A DNA stretch of 64,000 bases from Octopus vulgaris (GCA_951406725.2 OX597826.1:1240001-1304000); one strand, 5' to 3'. Numbered from the stretch's first letter, positions 1 to 12,399 are shown. The notes: a model not told the origin generated them from the letters alone. Program-made: numbers and translations.

Positions 1-249
1 CTTAACATTTACTGTACGTATTTTAATATGATTTTATATGCTTTTATTCTTATTTATTGTACAGTAACCTGATTTTATGTGCTTTCAACGGTTCTCTAGT
101 GATTTCACGATTCCAATATTTGTGGTGGACAGACGTAAAGTCGAATAAAATGACTTAACTTGATTTTTATTTTTCTATATATTATTTTTGAAAACTGATG
201 TATAATTGGGAACGACTAAAATCAAAATGACTAAGTCGAGGTATGCCTG
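1..249. mobile_element. Right end of a Tigger/pogo-type DNA transposon
   Basis: Ends ...cgaggtatgcctg|TA, the reverse complement of the Tigger-type TIR CAGGCATACCTCG, followed by TA. Confidence 0.6.
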
Positions 250-483
250 TACGTGTAATAATTAAAACCTAGGCTAGCCTAAATTGTTTTTATGTTAGCC
301 TGTGAATTTGGTAAATTGTTAGGCAAGCCTTGGCTGCTTTTATATTAGAAGGAAATAATTTCAAATACTGTACTGTTACCTACCTGATGGCTGATGTAGG
401 TGTTACTCGTTGAGGCTGGTGTAAGAGGAGGAGGAGGAGATTACTCACTAGGATGTCGATGGTTGGGGATGGTCAGCTGACTC

Positions 484-2864
484 CTATTCCGATGGTGTAG
501 ATCGTTGTGTGAACTCGTCTAAAGTTCCTTGAACTGTCTTTTTCTTCTTCTCTTCAAGGATTAGGTAATAAGTTGCAAAAGTATCTTGACAACCCCCAAT
601 ATTTTTACAAAACATTGGGGGTTGTGCACTGGGATCCATTTCCTCAATTAAAGCGAGACATTTATCTTCATGAGAAAAAGCCTCTTGCATTTTCTTCAAC
701 GTAAAATGATTAGTCTAGGGATCAGGTTTTTCTTCTTCCTTTTTCTGTCGTTAATCAAGTTCCTTCAACTCTTTTTTTATCGGGGACTGTTTATCTTTTT
801 CAAATAATTCATTAAAATCCTCTTCTCCCAACTCCATTTCCAGTTCATTGCTCAACTCCACCAACGTCTTGTTCTCAACAACATTGTCAAAGCCCTTAAA
901 GTCACTGACAAATTGTGGGCACAGTTCCTTCCACACACCATTCAGAGCCGTGGTCTTCATCTCATTCCTCACAGCTGCTATGTTCACTATGGCTTTGCAG
1001 ATGTCATAACTTTTCCAAAAGTCATGGACTGAAATGCTTTCGTCGATGTCAGTTGCACATATTGCTTGGTGTAATGTATGCTTTATATAATAGCACTTAA
1101 AGATGGCAATTATCCCCTGGTCAGTTGGTTGCAGCAGTGAGGTAGTGTTAATGGTAACATTGGGATGGATACCTCTGATGTTTTACGGGTGGCCTGGAGT
1201 GTTATCTAAGACAAGCAGAACTTTAAAAGGAACTCCCTTTAGCCTTACAGTACTTTTCTGCTTCAGGAACAAAATGATGGAAAAGCCATTCTTCAAAATT
1301 AATGACAGTGACCCAAGCCTTTGAATTAGCCATCTATATTACAGGAAGGGTTGCCTTAGGTACGTTCTTAAGAACTAGGGTGTTCAGCGCATGATACACA
1401 AGCAGTGGTTTTAGCTTGCTATCACCTGCACAATTACCTCCCAACATCATCAACATTAAGGTCAAACATTCTTTTGATACTTTGTAACCAGGAATTCTTT
1501 TCTCTTCCTTGGATATGAAAGAATGATCTGGTAATTTTTTCCAGTAGATACCGGTTTCATCAACATTGAATATTTGTTCAGGTAGAAATCTATTGTGGAG
1601 GCACATGGCCTAGTGGTTAGAGCAGTGGACTCGCAGTCAAGGGATCGCAAGTTCGAATCTCAGACCGGGTGATGTGGGTGTTTATGAGTGAAACACCTAA
1701 GCTCCACGTAGTTCCGGAAGAAGGTAATGGCAAACTTCTGCTGACTCTTTCGCCACAACTTTCTCTCACTCTTTCCTCCTGCATCTTGCAGCTCACCTGC
1801 GACGGACCGGCATCCCGTCCAGGTGGGGAACCTATATGCCAAGGAAACCGGGAAACTGGCCCTTATGAGACAGGCATGGCTCGAGAAGGAACAAACAATA
1901 GAAATCCATTATCTTTAATAATCTTCGCTAATGTAGCAGGAAATTCCACTGCAGCAACATCATCAGCTGATGCACTTTCGCCTTGTTTTTTGAGAGAGTG
2001 CAAATTCTGCTGCTGCCTTAAATTCTACGTCTTTCTCATCTGAATATTTTTTTTTCAAATCTTCAAACAAAGACAATGCTTTCTCCTGAATTATTTCCTG
2101 TCTACAATTTGCTTGCTGACGATTCTGCTTTTCAATCCAAAAGACAAGAAGCTCTTCCATCTCTTTGTAGATTCGTCCTCTTGTTGATGATAATGTTTTT
2201 CATCGCTGGAACATCATCTTTCACATGTGCCATAATCCTATCTCTACGGTTTTACGGATCATCCCAAACGATCATGCAATGGCTACAATCTTTTCATCCT
2301 CTTCGTATCGTTTCATCACATCCACTTCATCTTCCAACAATATAGCTTTGCGCTTACCAATTTCACTAGGATTCTTTTTCGGAGCCATGGGGCTAAAAGG
2401 GCTAAAATGTAAATCGCAAAAATACCAAAAATACCAAATTTTACAGCATAGTCAACATGAACACATTTGAAAAGCTTGCAGCTGGAGCATGAATGCCACC
2501 TATCAGAAAACATCTGAACTAGTACACTTGTTCTAATTTGTATTACTATTAACCTGTAACTTTTAATGCTTTTGTTTTTGAATGAAATTTAATTCTTGAT
2601 GATGCATTCTGTATTTTAACATTAATTTTAATATACTATACAGATTATGTTTCTATTGCTTTTTAAAAAAATTTGTTTCCCGATTACAAGTGTAACCAAT
2701 CAATACAACCCAGGACTAATAGTACAGTTTAGTATGAACATTATTGCTGTTTTGCCAGGCAATGTAAATTAATACTGTATTGAATATTTATTTAATATTC
2801 TAGAAAGACTGATGTATCTTCGGAAATGACGTAAGTCATTTCAACTTAACCAGAGATATATGTG
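484..2864 (-). mobile_element. Degenerate pogo/Tigger (CENP-B-like HTH + DDE_1) transposon
   Basis: ORF fragments MEELLVFWIEKQN..IIQEKALSLFEDLK, PEQIFNVDETGIYWKKLP, GGNCAGDSKLKPLLVY and VWKELCPQFVSDFKGF, broken by stops and frameshifts. Degenerate TIR near 2825-2864. Confidence 0.85.
1595..1897 (+). mobile_element. tRNA-derived SINE inserted in the Tigger transposase
   Basis: A box tggcctagtgg and B box gttcgaatc. Flanking direct repeat tagaaatc(t/c)att is the likely TSD. Confidence 0.85.
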
Positions 2865-2868
2865 TATA

Positions 2869-2963
2869 CAGTAATCCCTTGGCATATCGTTTCTACTTCG
2901 CAGATTTTCACCTATCATTGGGTGTTTTGGAATGTAACACCTGTGATAGTTGAGAGATTACTG
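2869..2963. mobile_element. 95-bp Tigger-type MITE
   Basis: TA|cagtaatccct ... agagattactg|TA. Confidence 0.75.
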
Positions 2964-3049
2964 TACACACACATTTACATATATACACTGGGTTTTTGGG
3001 TTAAATTTGATTTTTATATCTCCTTTTTGGCAAACAGTCAATGGCAATG

Positions 3050-3660
3050 TAGAACATGAAGAAAAAAGCTGTAGTTGAGAAAAAGTTAGTTGAAGTGGAG
3101 GACTGGAAAGCATCCGAATATTGGAAAAGAGTTGCCTGTATCTGGATGATTCACGCTTGACATCAAAATGCCGATGTTATGACTGCTGTTCAATACTGTG
3201 TGAACAGTGTAACGGCTGTAAGACGTGACATGGACAGTTGCAATGAAGGCTATGAAGCCATGGCCGGCAGGAAGGGACGCAGCAGGCATTCTGACTGCAT
3301 CCACATGACAGAATTTATCCCAGATCTTTGAATGGGGTTTAGGATCAATTCAGATAGCTATGTGAAGCTGCTGGAGGCTGGTCAGTCGCTGACTGGAGAG
3401 GGTTTCTGTTGGAAGGTCATGTGTGGCAGTAAGATCTGGCACCTCAACATTCCTCCAGAAGAAAGAGTCAAAAGTGGTTGTTGGAGAATTTTGGGGACTT
3501 TGCCAGCCTCAGTTTCTGACCTCCTAACCTCCCTGATTGTAATTCCATAGATTGCATGGGGCATGGTTGAGAAAAACACCTTCTGCTCTGCCAGCAGCCC
3601 CAAGGCTGAGCTGGTGGCCAAGATTAAGGAAGTGTTTGAAGCTCTTCTCAGGGACACAGT
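3050..3660 (+). mobile_element. Highly degenerate Tc1/mariner-superfamily transposase fragment
   Basis: Remnants GFRINSDSYVKLLE, an SPDCN-like segment and WGMVEKNT, interrupted by frameshifts. Confidence 0.55.
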
Positions 3661-4586
3661 TAGGAATGCAATGTTTATGTCACCATAACTTAGCAGTTCA
3701 ACAAAAGAGATCAATAACAAAAGTACCAGACTTAGAAATATGTTCTAGGATCAATTTGTTCAACTAAAACCCTTCGATGCTGTACAATGACTGAAACAAG
3801 TGAAAGACAAAAGAAAGATAGGCACAAGTCTTTGAGTTTTTAAAACAAAAGAAATGGGAGGTCTGGGTGTTTCCAATGGCATTAATCCTTTTGTTACCAT
3901 ATTTCTCTTGGTGTGTATGTATATATATATATATATATACATATACACACACACACATACATACTACCTTTCTCTTGGTATATGTACACTACCTTTGTTT
4001 GAAGTAATTTCAAAAACAGTGAAGAATTCTGTCGTTATTAAGCTGGTGTTTAGAACATAAATTAACATGAAATGGTAGGTTTTAAGTTAAAACCCTTCAA
4101 GAGAAGAAATTTCTTTCACAGGTGTAGGGGCAGTTTTAGGCTGGTTGGTATCGAAAAGGTTAATAGCTTCAGCCATCAATTAGATGTCCAGCGGTTAGCT
4201 TGCCAAAATTCTCCAGTCTCCTCCGTGTCATGCTGGATGCATACACTCAGCCATTTTCTTGTCTCCGGTCCAATCTTTGATCTCGTTAGTCCCTGTGCAT
4301 CCTTTCCAGTCGCTTGCTCTCTTCTTCTGAACACTTCTTGTGAGGATAGTCTTTGGTGCTGGATACACTTTTCATCATATTCTTCTTCACCTGATTCCCG
4401 ATAAAGGTGTCTTTAGACTTTTGGCTTTCTTGCAGTACAGCATTTGTGACTCTGTTTTCATTGTTTATGTAAGGTGAAATAATGTTTTAATATTTTATTA
4501 AGGCATTGGTGGAACTAATAACCAGGTGTAGAACTCAATATATGTATGCTTTAGAAAGAAATATTAGACGAATATAGACCTGTAAG

Positions 4587-4764
4587 AAGAAAATGAGATG
4601 ACGAAGGAATAAACAATTATCTTGTGAACTTCATTAGCTTACAGTTGTTTCTGTTATAAGAAGTGCCTGATTAACACCTTATAACTTCATTCGAACCTTG
4701 AAACAGCTGTAAGCTAATGAAGTTCACAAGATAATCGTTTACTCTTTTGTCATCTCATTTTCTT
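4587..4764. repeat. Inverted repeat with ~65-bp arms, Penelope-type terminus remnant
   Basis: 4587-4651 is the imperfect reverse complement of 4700-4764. Each arm carries GAAACA(G/A)CTGTA. Confidence 0.75.
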
Positions 4765-4876
4765 AAGGTGAAATGACTTCAACTGAAGTGTGAAACTCTG
4801 CTGTGTTCTCTGCTGCTTGCTTTTTTTACAGTGTTTGCCAAATAACAGTGATCTCTTTGCTTGACTTTTGTTACAG

Positions 4877-4962
4877 GAACAGGTAAAACTCGCTTGAACA
4901 TCATTGTACAATCTTTATTGTTAAGAAGAACCAAAGATCAGACGGTGAATGGGAAACCACTG
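4877..4962 (+). CDS. TTF2: SNF2-family ATPase (TTF2/lodestar-like), internal coding exon; earlier exons lie outside the window
   Basis: ttacag| acceptor and |gtaaat donor. Translates to TGKTRLNIIVQSLLLRRTKDQTVNGKPL, containing the LLRRTK motif of SNF2 ATPases. Confidence 0.85.
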
Positions 4963-5004
4963 GTAAATAGGATGTTTTGTTTTACCAAATTTCTTAAAAA
5001 CTGG

Positions 5005-5705
5005 TATGCTACTTGGCAGTGAGACATGAGCTGTGACTACTGAGGATATGTGGAGGCTTGAAAGAAATGAAGCCAGTATGCTCCACTGGATCGGTAATGT
5101 TAGTGTACATATATGACAGTGTAAGTGATTTTAGAGAAAAACTGGGTATACGAGGCATCAGAATAGTGTGCAAGAGAGAAAACTGCACTGGTATGGCCAT
5201 GAAATGTGTATGAATGAAGACAGTTGCATCAGGAGGTGCTGATCTCTGATTGTAGAAGGGGTAGACCCAGGAAGATGTGAGATGAAGTGGTGAGAAAAGA
5301 TCTACAGCCGTCGGGACCCAAAAGGAATGACAGGACCAAGACACCCTGCGGTTTGCTGCGCTTGAGAAAACATGCCAATCCAAGTAAAAGCATGGTTGTC
5401 CTTGTGTACAGGCATCTCCTTTGCATTCCTCTTCAGCTGAGCATTCCTAATCTTGCAGGCTTGTGGGTGCTGGTGCCACATGATAAAACACCCATGCCAG
5501 TGCCATGTAAATGTACCCCTGTCAGTGCTGTGTAAAAGCAACCAATACACTCTCTAAAGTGGTTGGCATTAGGAAGGGCATCCAGCCATAGAAACCATGC
5601 CTAAACAGGCATGGAACCCGGGCAGCGCTCCAGCTGGCCATCACCTGTCAAACCATCCAAACGTCTGTTTTGCAGCATGGAAAACAGACATTAAATGATG
5701 ATGAT
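5005..5705 (+). mobile_element. Old 5'-truncated RTE LINE 3' fragment
   Basis: Degenerate 'TWAV..EDM.RLERNEASML.W' coding remnant, RTE 3' end (ggttggcattaggaagggcatccagc) and (GAT)n tail. Confidence 0.8.
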
Positions 5706-6434
5706 GAAGTAGTGTCACAAACTGAAACTGCAATTCAGATGTGGTGGTCACTTTTCTTTTACTCTGAAACTGAAAGAAGCCTGTCATATGTATGTGTGTG
5801 TGTGTGTGTGTGTCTTTGTATTTGTGTGTGTCTCTACCATCACCACTGCTTGATAATAGTTATGTTTATGTCCCCCCATAACTTAGCAGTTTGGCAAGAG
5901 ACTGATAAAATAAGTACCAGACTTAAAAAAAATTTCTTCAAGGCAGTGCCCCAACATGGCCACAGTCTAATGATTGAAACAAGTAAATGGCCTTGGAAAA
6001 CTTATGAATGTCAGCTATGGCACAAGAAAGGCATTCAGTATAAACTGGAAAAGTTGGCGTTAGGAAGGGCATTCCGCTGTAGAAACCATTGCCAAAGTTT
6101 ACATTGAACCATGATGCATGCATGATGATGATGATGATGTCACAACTCAGAATTTCCTGACTCCACTGAAATCAATGAGGATCGATTAATCCATCATTAT
6201 TATCATTTAACATCTGTTTCCATCTGAAATGGGTTGGGCGGTTTTACAAGATCTCAATTTTGTGGTGGTAGGCCGATGGTTTTCCCCTAGAGACAGTATT
6301 TCTGAGCAAAAGATGGGTTAGTCAAGAAGAAAATGTTTTGGAATATAGTTCAGCCTGATAAGAGCTTGGTCTAGACAACAACACTGACAACAACAACAAC
6401 AAGTAACTAATTTAAAGCAAATTATTTTTTCCAG

Positions 6435-6526
6435 ATTAAAATGACCAAGAAGAAACTATCAAATTACAAGCTGACATTGTCACCCGAGGAACAAAAGCTG
6501 TACAGTAAGATTTTCAAAAGAATTCA
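6435..6526 (+). CDS. TTF2: TTF2-like coding exon
   Basis: ttccag| ... |gtgagt. IKMTKKKLSNYKLTLSPEEQKLYSKIFKRI(Q) matches the SNF2 'L.LS..E...Y' segment; phase fits both neighbouring exons. Confidence 0.8.
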
Positions 6527-7775
6527 GTGAGTATAGTTTGGAATTAGTTTCAGCTACTGATTCCTTATTACTTTACCAATATTCGCACTCTTTTTCTTTC
6601 TGCTTTTCTAAGTTTCTTCAGTTTCTTCATGCATATGGAGTTGATAGAAAAGGAACAAGGCTTATAATCAGTCGATGAGAAACTGAAAGAAGCCCCGTCG
6701 TGTGTGTGTGTGCGTGTGTGTGTGTGTATGTATTTGTGTTTGTCTCCACTATCACCACTGCTTGATAATAGTTATGTTTACGTCCCTCCATAACTTAGCA
6801 GATTGGCAAAAGAGACTGATAAAATATGTACCAGACTTTAAAAAAAAATTCTTCAAGGCAGTGCCCCAGCATGGCCACAGTCTAATGACTGAAACAAGTA
6901 AAAGAGTAAAAGATATATTTGTGTGTGTGTGTGTGTGTAGTGGTTAAATGTGTATCAGGTGAACAAATGCGATAGGCAGGTGGACGCCTTTGAAGTAAAC
7001 AAATAAATGACATCAGTTCATAGTTAAAATGATTTATTTACTGAATTCCGTTTGCCTTTGGTATACAATATTCTTCACTACATGTAATTGTTGACAACTG
7101 CAACGAGTTGCTAGTAATAGAAACATGGCACATCTGTAGAGGTGATATTTCGGAACTGAATATGTTTGTGTGTGTGCGTAGTTCATCTGAGAAGGTAGTC
7201 TGCCATGAAACTTTATTCAAACATTTCTCTCGTTCTCTGCGTGTCTGTCAAAGCCTTCTGTCTGCGTTCTGGGCCTTTCCTTGTCTCTCCCTCTGCTGAC
7301 CATGATATTTATAACAGCTGTGGCAGCTAGAAGGACAGACATACAGCAGCAGAGATTGTGCCTAAATAGGTCAGCTCCTGTCCATTTGAACTTTGCCCGA
7401 CGTGGCTGAGGTCAAAGGGAGATGATTTATCATTTTTCTGACGGGACAAAGAAAACCTTTTTTCGTGCCTGTTGGTTGTGGTAGTTTAGATGACCCAGAA
7501 TCCTTAGATTTAGTTTCGATTCTAAGCTTGGGGAAGAAAGTGTTAATTTTTACATATATATAAAGTAACAAACTGAGGAAAAGAAATGCTTCAAATGGGT
7601 TAAACATCCCAGTCACTGGTATGCGTCAGTTGGATGCCATATAAATATTGGTATAATTCAATTATAAAGATAAAATATAGAGACATACTATTGACAATCC
7701 AATAATTTATTTATATTACAATATTACATTAAATACTATGAATAGAATATAACATAACAATATTATATAACATAA

Positions 7776-9685
7776 ATAACTACAGGGGTATTAAACTGCT
7801 GGATCAGGTGATGAAGGTCACAGAGAGGGTCATAGTCTATCTCATTGGGGAGAGAGTCTGCTTAGATGAGATGCAGTTCGGTTTTGTTCCGGGTAGAAGC
7901 ACCACTGATGCCATATTCCTGGTTCGACAACTGCAGGAGAAATACCTAGCTAAAGATAAACCCCTCTACGTAGCTTTCGTGGACTTGGAGAAAGCCTTTG
8001 ACAGGGTCCCCAGATCCCTTATCTAGTGGGCAATGCGGAAACTGGAGATAGACGAATGGTTAATGAGGGCTGTACAGGCCCTTTACAGAGAGGCTGTTAG
8101 TAAGGTTAGGATTGGCAATGAGTATAGTGAAGAATTCTGGGTAGAAGTAGGGGTCCACCAAGGTTCAGCCCTCAGTCCCCTTTTATTCATCATAGTCCTC
8201 CAGGCAATAACAGAGGAATTCAAGACGGGTTGCCCCTGGGAGCTCCTCTATGCTGATGACCTGGCTCTCATAGCAGAATCACTACCGGAACTAGAAAAGA
8301 AATTTCAGATGTGGAAGCTAGGTTTAGAATCAAAAGACCTTAGAGTAAATGTAGCAAACACCAAAGTTATAGTAAGTAGGAAGGCAAACCCATCACACAC
8401 CCCCTCACGTAGGTGGCCCTGCTCGATCTGTAGAAAAGGTGCAGGTAAAAACTCCATAAGATGTACCCAGTGTAAGCTATGGACGCATAAGAGGTGCAGC
8501 AACATCAAAGGAAAATTAACCGAGAAGATAGCTTTCGTGTGCAGCAGATGCACAGGGGCAGTAGACACCACAGATGCTCAGAAAACAGATTCCATCACAC
8601 TCCTGAGGGAGAAACTAGAAGTAGTTGATAGTTTCTACTACCTAGGTGATCAAGTTAATAGTGGAGGTGGATGCCCAGAGAGTGTCACCACTAGAATATG
8701 AATAACCTGGGCAAAGTTTAGAAAGCTTCTACCCCTACTGGTGACAAAGGGCCTCTCGCTCAGAGTGAAAGGTAGATTGCACGACACATGTGTGCGAACT
8801 GCCATGCTTCATGGTAGTGAAGCATGGGCTGTGATTGCAGAGGATATGTGCAGGCTCGAAAGAAATGAAGCTAGCATGATCCTCTGGATGTGTAATGTTA
8901 CACTACAGAGTGTAAGAGTCCTGAGAGAAATGCTGGACATAAGAAGCATCGGATGTGGCATGTAAGAGAGACATTTGTGCTGGTATGGTCATGTACTACG
9001 GATGGATGAGGAGAGATGTGTGAAGAAGTGCCGCTCCCAAACAGTTGAAGGAATCTGGGGTAGAGGTAGACCCAGGAAGATATGGGATGAGGTGGTCAAG
9101 CATGACCTTTGAACGTTGGGCCTCACAGAGGCAATGACGAAAGACCGAGACCTCTGGAGATATGCTGTGACTGCGAAGACCCGACAAATAACGAGTTCAT
9201 GGCTGTTTCCTGCACCAGCTTCACATAGCAGCCCCAACCCATCCAAAGTACCTTGGATCGCAGAACGGCCTGCTGTGCTTACCTTGGATCGTAGGGTGAC
9301 CTGCTGTGCTTAAGGAGACCTATTGAGTCAAGTACATCAACATCAAAATAAAAAATCAAATGGAAAATGTAGTTGTGATACCTGTGCCGGTGGCATGTAA
9401 AAAGCACCATCCGAATGTGGCCAATGCCAGCGCCGCCTTGACTGGCTTCCGTGCCGGTGGCATGTAAAAAGCACCAACCGATCGTGGCCACTGCCAGCCT
9501 TCCCTGGCATGTAAAAAGCACCTACTACACTCACAGAGTGGTTGGCATTAGGAAGGGCATCCAGCTGTAGAAACACTGCCAGATCAGACTGGAGCCTGGT
9601 GCAGCCTCCTGGCTTCCCAGATCCTGGTCGAACTGTCAACCCATGCTAGCATGGAAAACGGACGTTCAACAATGATGATGATGAT
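7776..9685 (+). mobile_element. 5'-truncated RTE-clade LINE (RT pseudogene plus 3' UTR)
   Basis: NNYRGIKLL, FVDLEKAFDRVPR, GVHQGSALSPLLF and YADD motifs with in-frame stops; (GAT)n tail. Confidence 0.93.
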
Positions 9686-9890
9686 AAATAATTATAAAAA
9701 CCATAAAAGGCCAACAAATTGTTTTGACTTATATATATTTTTTTCTGATATCTATAATCACAGTTCCCCTATACATAAAGTTTCTTTAGGGTCATGGTTT
9801 AGAAAAAGACGAATTCACACGGAATATATTTATTATTTAGTTTTTGTCATGGATTTATCCTGTCTGTATAAAATATTTAATAAAATCGTA

Positions 9891-11475
9891 TCAGGTTGTC
9901 TCACATGAAATGTCGCATTTGTAAAAGGAAACATTAAAATTGCTTTTTAAGTTTTAGAATATTTATTTAATTAAAATATGGTCCTTGTTCATTTATGAAC
10001 TTCATACAATATTCCTAAGGCATATATTCCATCTTCAAAGAATTTGTCATCTTTTACACTGATATTGAATGCTTCAATTATCTCTTCTTTGGAAATAATA
10101 CATTTCTAAATCTCTCAGAGAGATTTATGCAGTAGCAGCACAATAGAGTGATAGTATGTTGTCAACTTAATGTGACAGTCCCATGAAAGGGAAGAATGCT
10201 ACTGTTATTTAGCCCTAGGAAACACCGTTTCCTGTTGGACCTGACACATTTCCTGTGTCTTTATGTTTTCAAAGTGGAGACAAGCGTCTCCGCCCAGCAA
10301 AGCCAGCATCCAGAGACTAGTTTCAGAGTCATTGCTCATCATCAGTCTGGAGTAGCATGGCTTGCTGGCTGCCAGTGTCTATCTGCCTTTGAAAACATAG
10401 ATTTCAAGTGAAATACATTCACTGATCAGTGAATGTTTTATTATCAATGAATGTTTTATTGCATGTAGCTCGAAGCATTTAGATATGTGATAATCAGTAG
10501 GAGAGATATAAGGAGGATGTGCCAAAATTTCATAATTCAGGCTTTGCAACTTGTGGACTGTAGCTTGAGAAGTGTGAGGAGGCTGTGCATTATCATGAAG
10601 CAAAATTGGGCCATCTCTCTTCGCTAATCTGGGTTGCTTCTTTATTAATTTTTCATGCAAACAATCAATTTCCTGACACTAGGATGTTGCTGTTACAGTT
10701 TTTCCTTGTTGCAAGAATGAATAATGAATAACCCCCTTTGTTGACCACCATATAGTGTCCATCAACTTTTTAGGGTGCAATGGTGGTTTGGGGTAGTGTT
10801 TTGGCAACTCTTCTGCATCTAAGCACTGTCCTGTCCTCCTGCTGTTATCAAAGAGTATCCATTTCTCATCACATGTAATGAATCAATACAAAAATGATTC
10901 TCTTTCCAACCAAGAAACCAACAGGGAACACACTGTAAGGCGTCGGTTTCTTTGAATGTGTTTAAATTGATGGGGAACAAACCTATCCATCTTTTTGACT
11001 TTTCCAATTTTCTTCAAGTTTTAAGATGCAGTTGCAGGAGATGTCTGCAGCTCTGATCCAATTTTTCAGATCGTTCTCAGATTTTGTTTAATCAAAGCTT
11101 TCAATTCATCATGCTGAATAACTGATTTTGTTCCCCCTCCTGGTTCATTTTTAAGGCCTTCATTTCCTGAATGAAATCTTTGGAACCATCTCGGAATGGT
11201 TCTAATGTCAACAGAATCATTACCAAAAGCCCGTTTCATGTTTTGTAGAGCTTCAGTGGCAGAGTGACCCAACTTGTATTCATACAAGAAAATCACTCGG
11301 TATTGTTCGGTTGTCAACATTGTCATAAGAGCTGTGGGTAGCAATTTTGAATAATAGACAATAGTCTAGAACGAAAAAGAGTTAAGGGTAAACACAAGCA
11401 TAATACATAGAAGCTCATTAAAAATCCATTTATAGAAACCCATTTAAAATATGACATTTCATGTGAGACGACCTA

Positions 11476-11476
<1 letters not shown>
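9891..11476 (-). mobile_element. Degenerate mariner transposon (Hsmar1/cecropia-like TIRs)
   Basis: TA|tcaggttgtctcacatgaaatgtc ... gacatttcatgtgagacgacctaa|TA. ORF fragments FLYEYKLGHSATEA..RWFQRF, LLHDNAQP and HPPYISPTDYH. Confidence 0.9.
10294..10368 (-). ncRNA. Extended type I hammerhead ribozyme motif
   Basis: Minus strand: CCAGCAAGCCA-UGCUAC-UCCAGA CUGAUGA U GAG CAAUGA CUC U GAAA CUAG UC^ UCUGGA-UGC-UGGCUUUGCUGG. Intact core, 6-bp proximal plus 11-bp distal stem I, palindromic stem III. Confidence 0.8.
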
Positions 11477-11531
<55 letters not shown>

Positions 11532-11959
11532 TAGATAGATAGCTAGATTTATGTCAATATTTGTAAAACTGGTTATTGATACTTTCAGTTACTTTTGGGT
11601 ATAAATGAGGAAAAATAGGACATTAAACTACACATCATTTAACGGGTGCCCTAGTATATATATATAGTTAATCCAAACATGAAAACACAAAGAGAAAAAA
11701 CACAACAATGCGAGGATGTGCAACAAGTATAGTGTTATTGGACGGCCAGGAAAGGAAAGAAAGAAGGAGGATTTAACGTTTTGAGTGGAGCTCTTTGTCG
11801 GAAACATAGGAAAAGGAAAGATCCAAGGAAGGGAAGACGGAGGGAAAAAAAATCGCCAATGGTACACATGCGGTCACATTTTGAATATACACACACACAC
11901 AGTTGTTTTTTTGAAGTTTATGTTGTGTTGTGTTGACTTGCACTTAAAATTCCCATGTT

Positions 11960-12168
11960 TTTAATCAAAACTTGTTGCTATAGTGACAACCATCCACCTG
12001 TCTACCTTTCACACAAACACACACTCTCTCTCTCTCTTTCTCTCTCTCTCAACAACAACCTTTTTCTCCTCTTCATTTAACACACACACAGACAACCAAA
12101 AAACTATTTATATCTTTCACAGCTTGTTAGTTATGATGGTGACACCTATATATCTATCTATCTCTCTT

Positions 12169-12218
<50 letters not shown>

Positions 12219-12384
12219 TCTCTCACACACACACACTATTTTTCTCTCAACAACTTTTTTTTCCTTCCCTTCTCGTCTTCTAAAAATATGTTGTGACATA
12301 TTTTGATTCCTTCTCTGCTTTCTCTCCGTTATAGATGTTACAAACAGACAGACATGGAGATCCACTTGTCTTTTATAATCTAAG
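11960..12384 (-). mobile_element. Possible non-autonomous Helitron-like element
   Basis: Minus strand begins TCTTAGATTATAAAAG..(tgtc)n, resembling Helitron 5' ends; CT/CA-rich body. Confidence 0.4.
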
Positions 12385-12399
12385 ATTATTATTATTATA

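Noticed and set aside
1595-1680. tRNA-like sequences with A and B boxes (also 18362, 25478, 26451, 29940)
   Set aside because: They continue into SINE bodies and tails with TSDs, so they are SINE heads rather than tRNA genes.
9375-9530. Repeat-spacer pattern resembling a CRISPR array
   Set aside because: Eukaryotic context, irregular spacing, no cas genes, and it is part of the RTE 3' UTR found in many copies.
11765-11810. Hammerhead-like remnant on the minus strand (ccgacaaagagctccactcaaaacgtta)
   Set aside because: Both core boxes are mutated. It is probably a decayed Penelope end but cannot be supported as a ribozyme.
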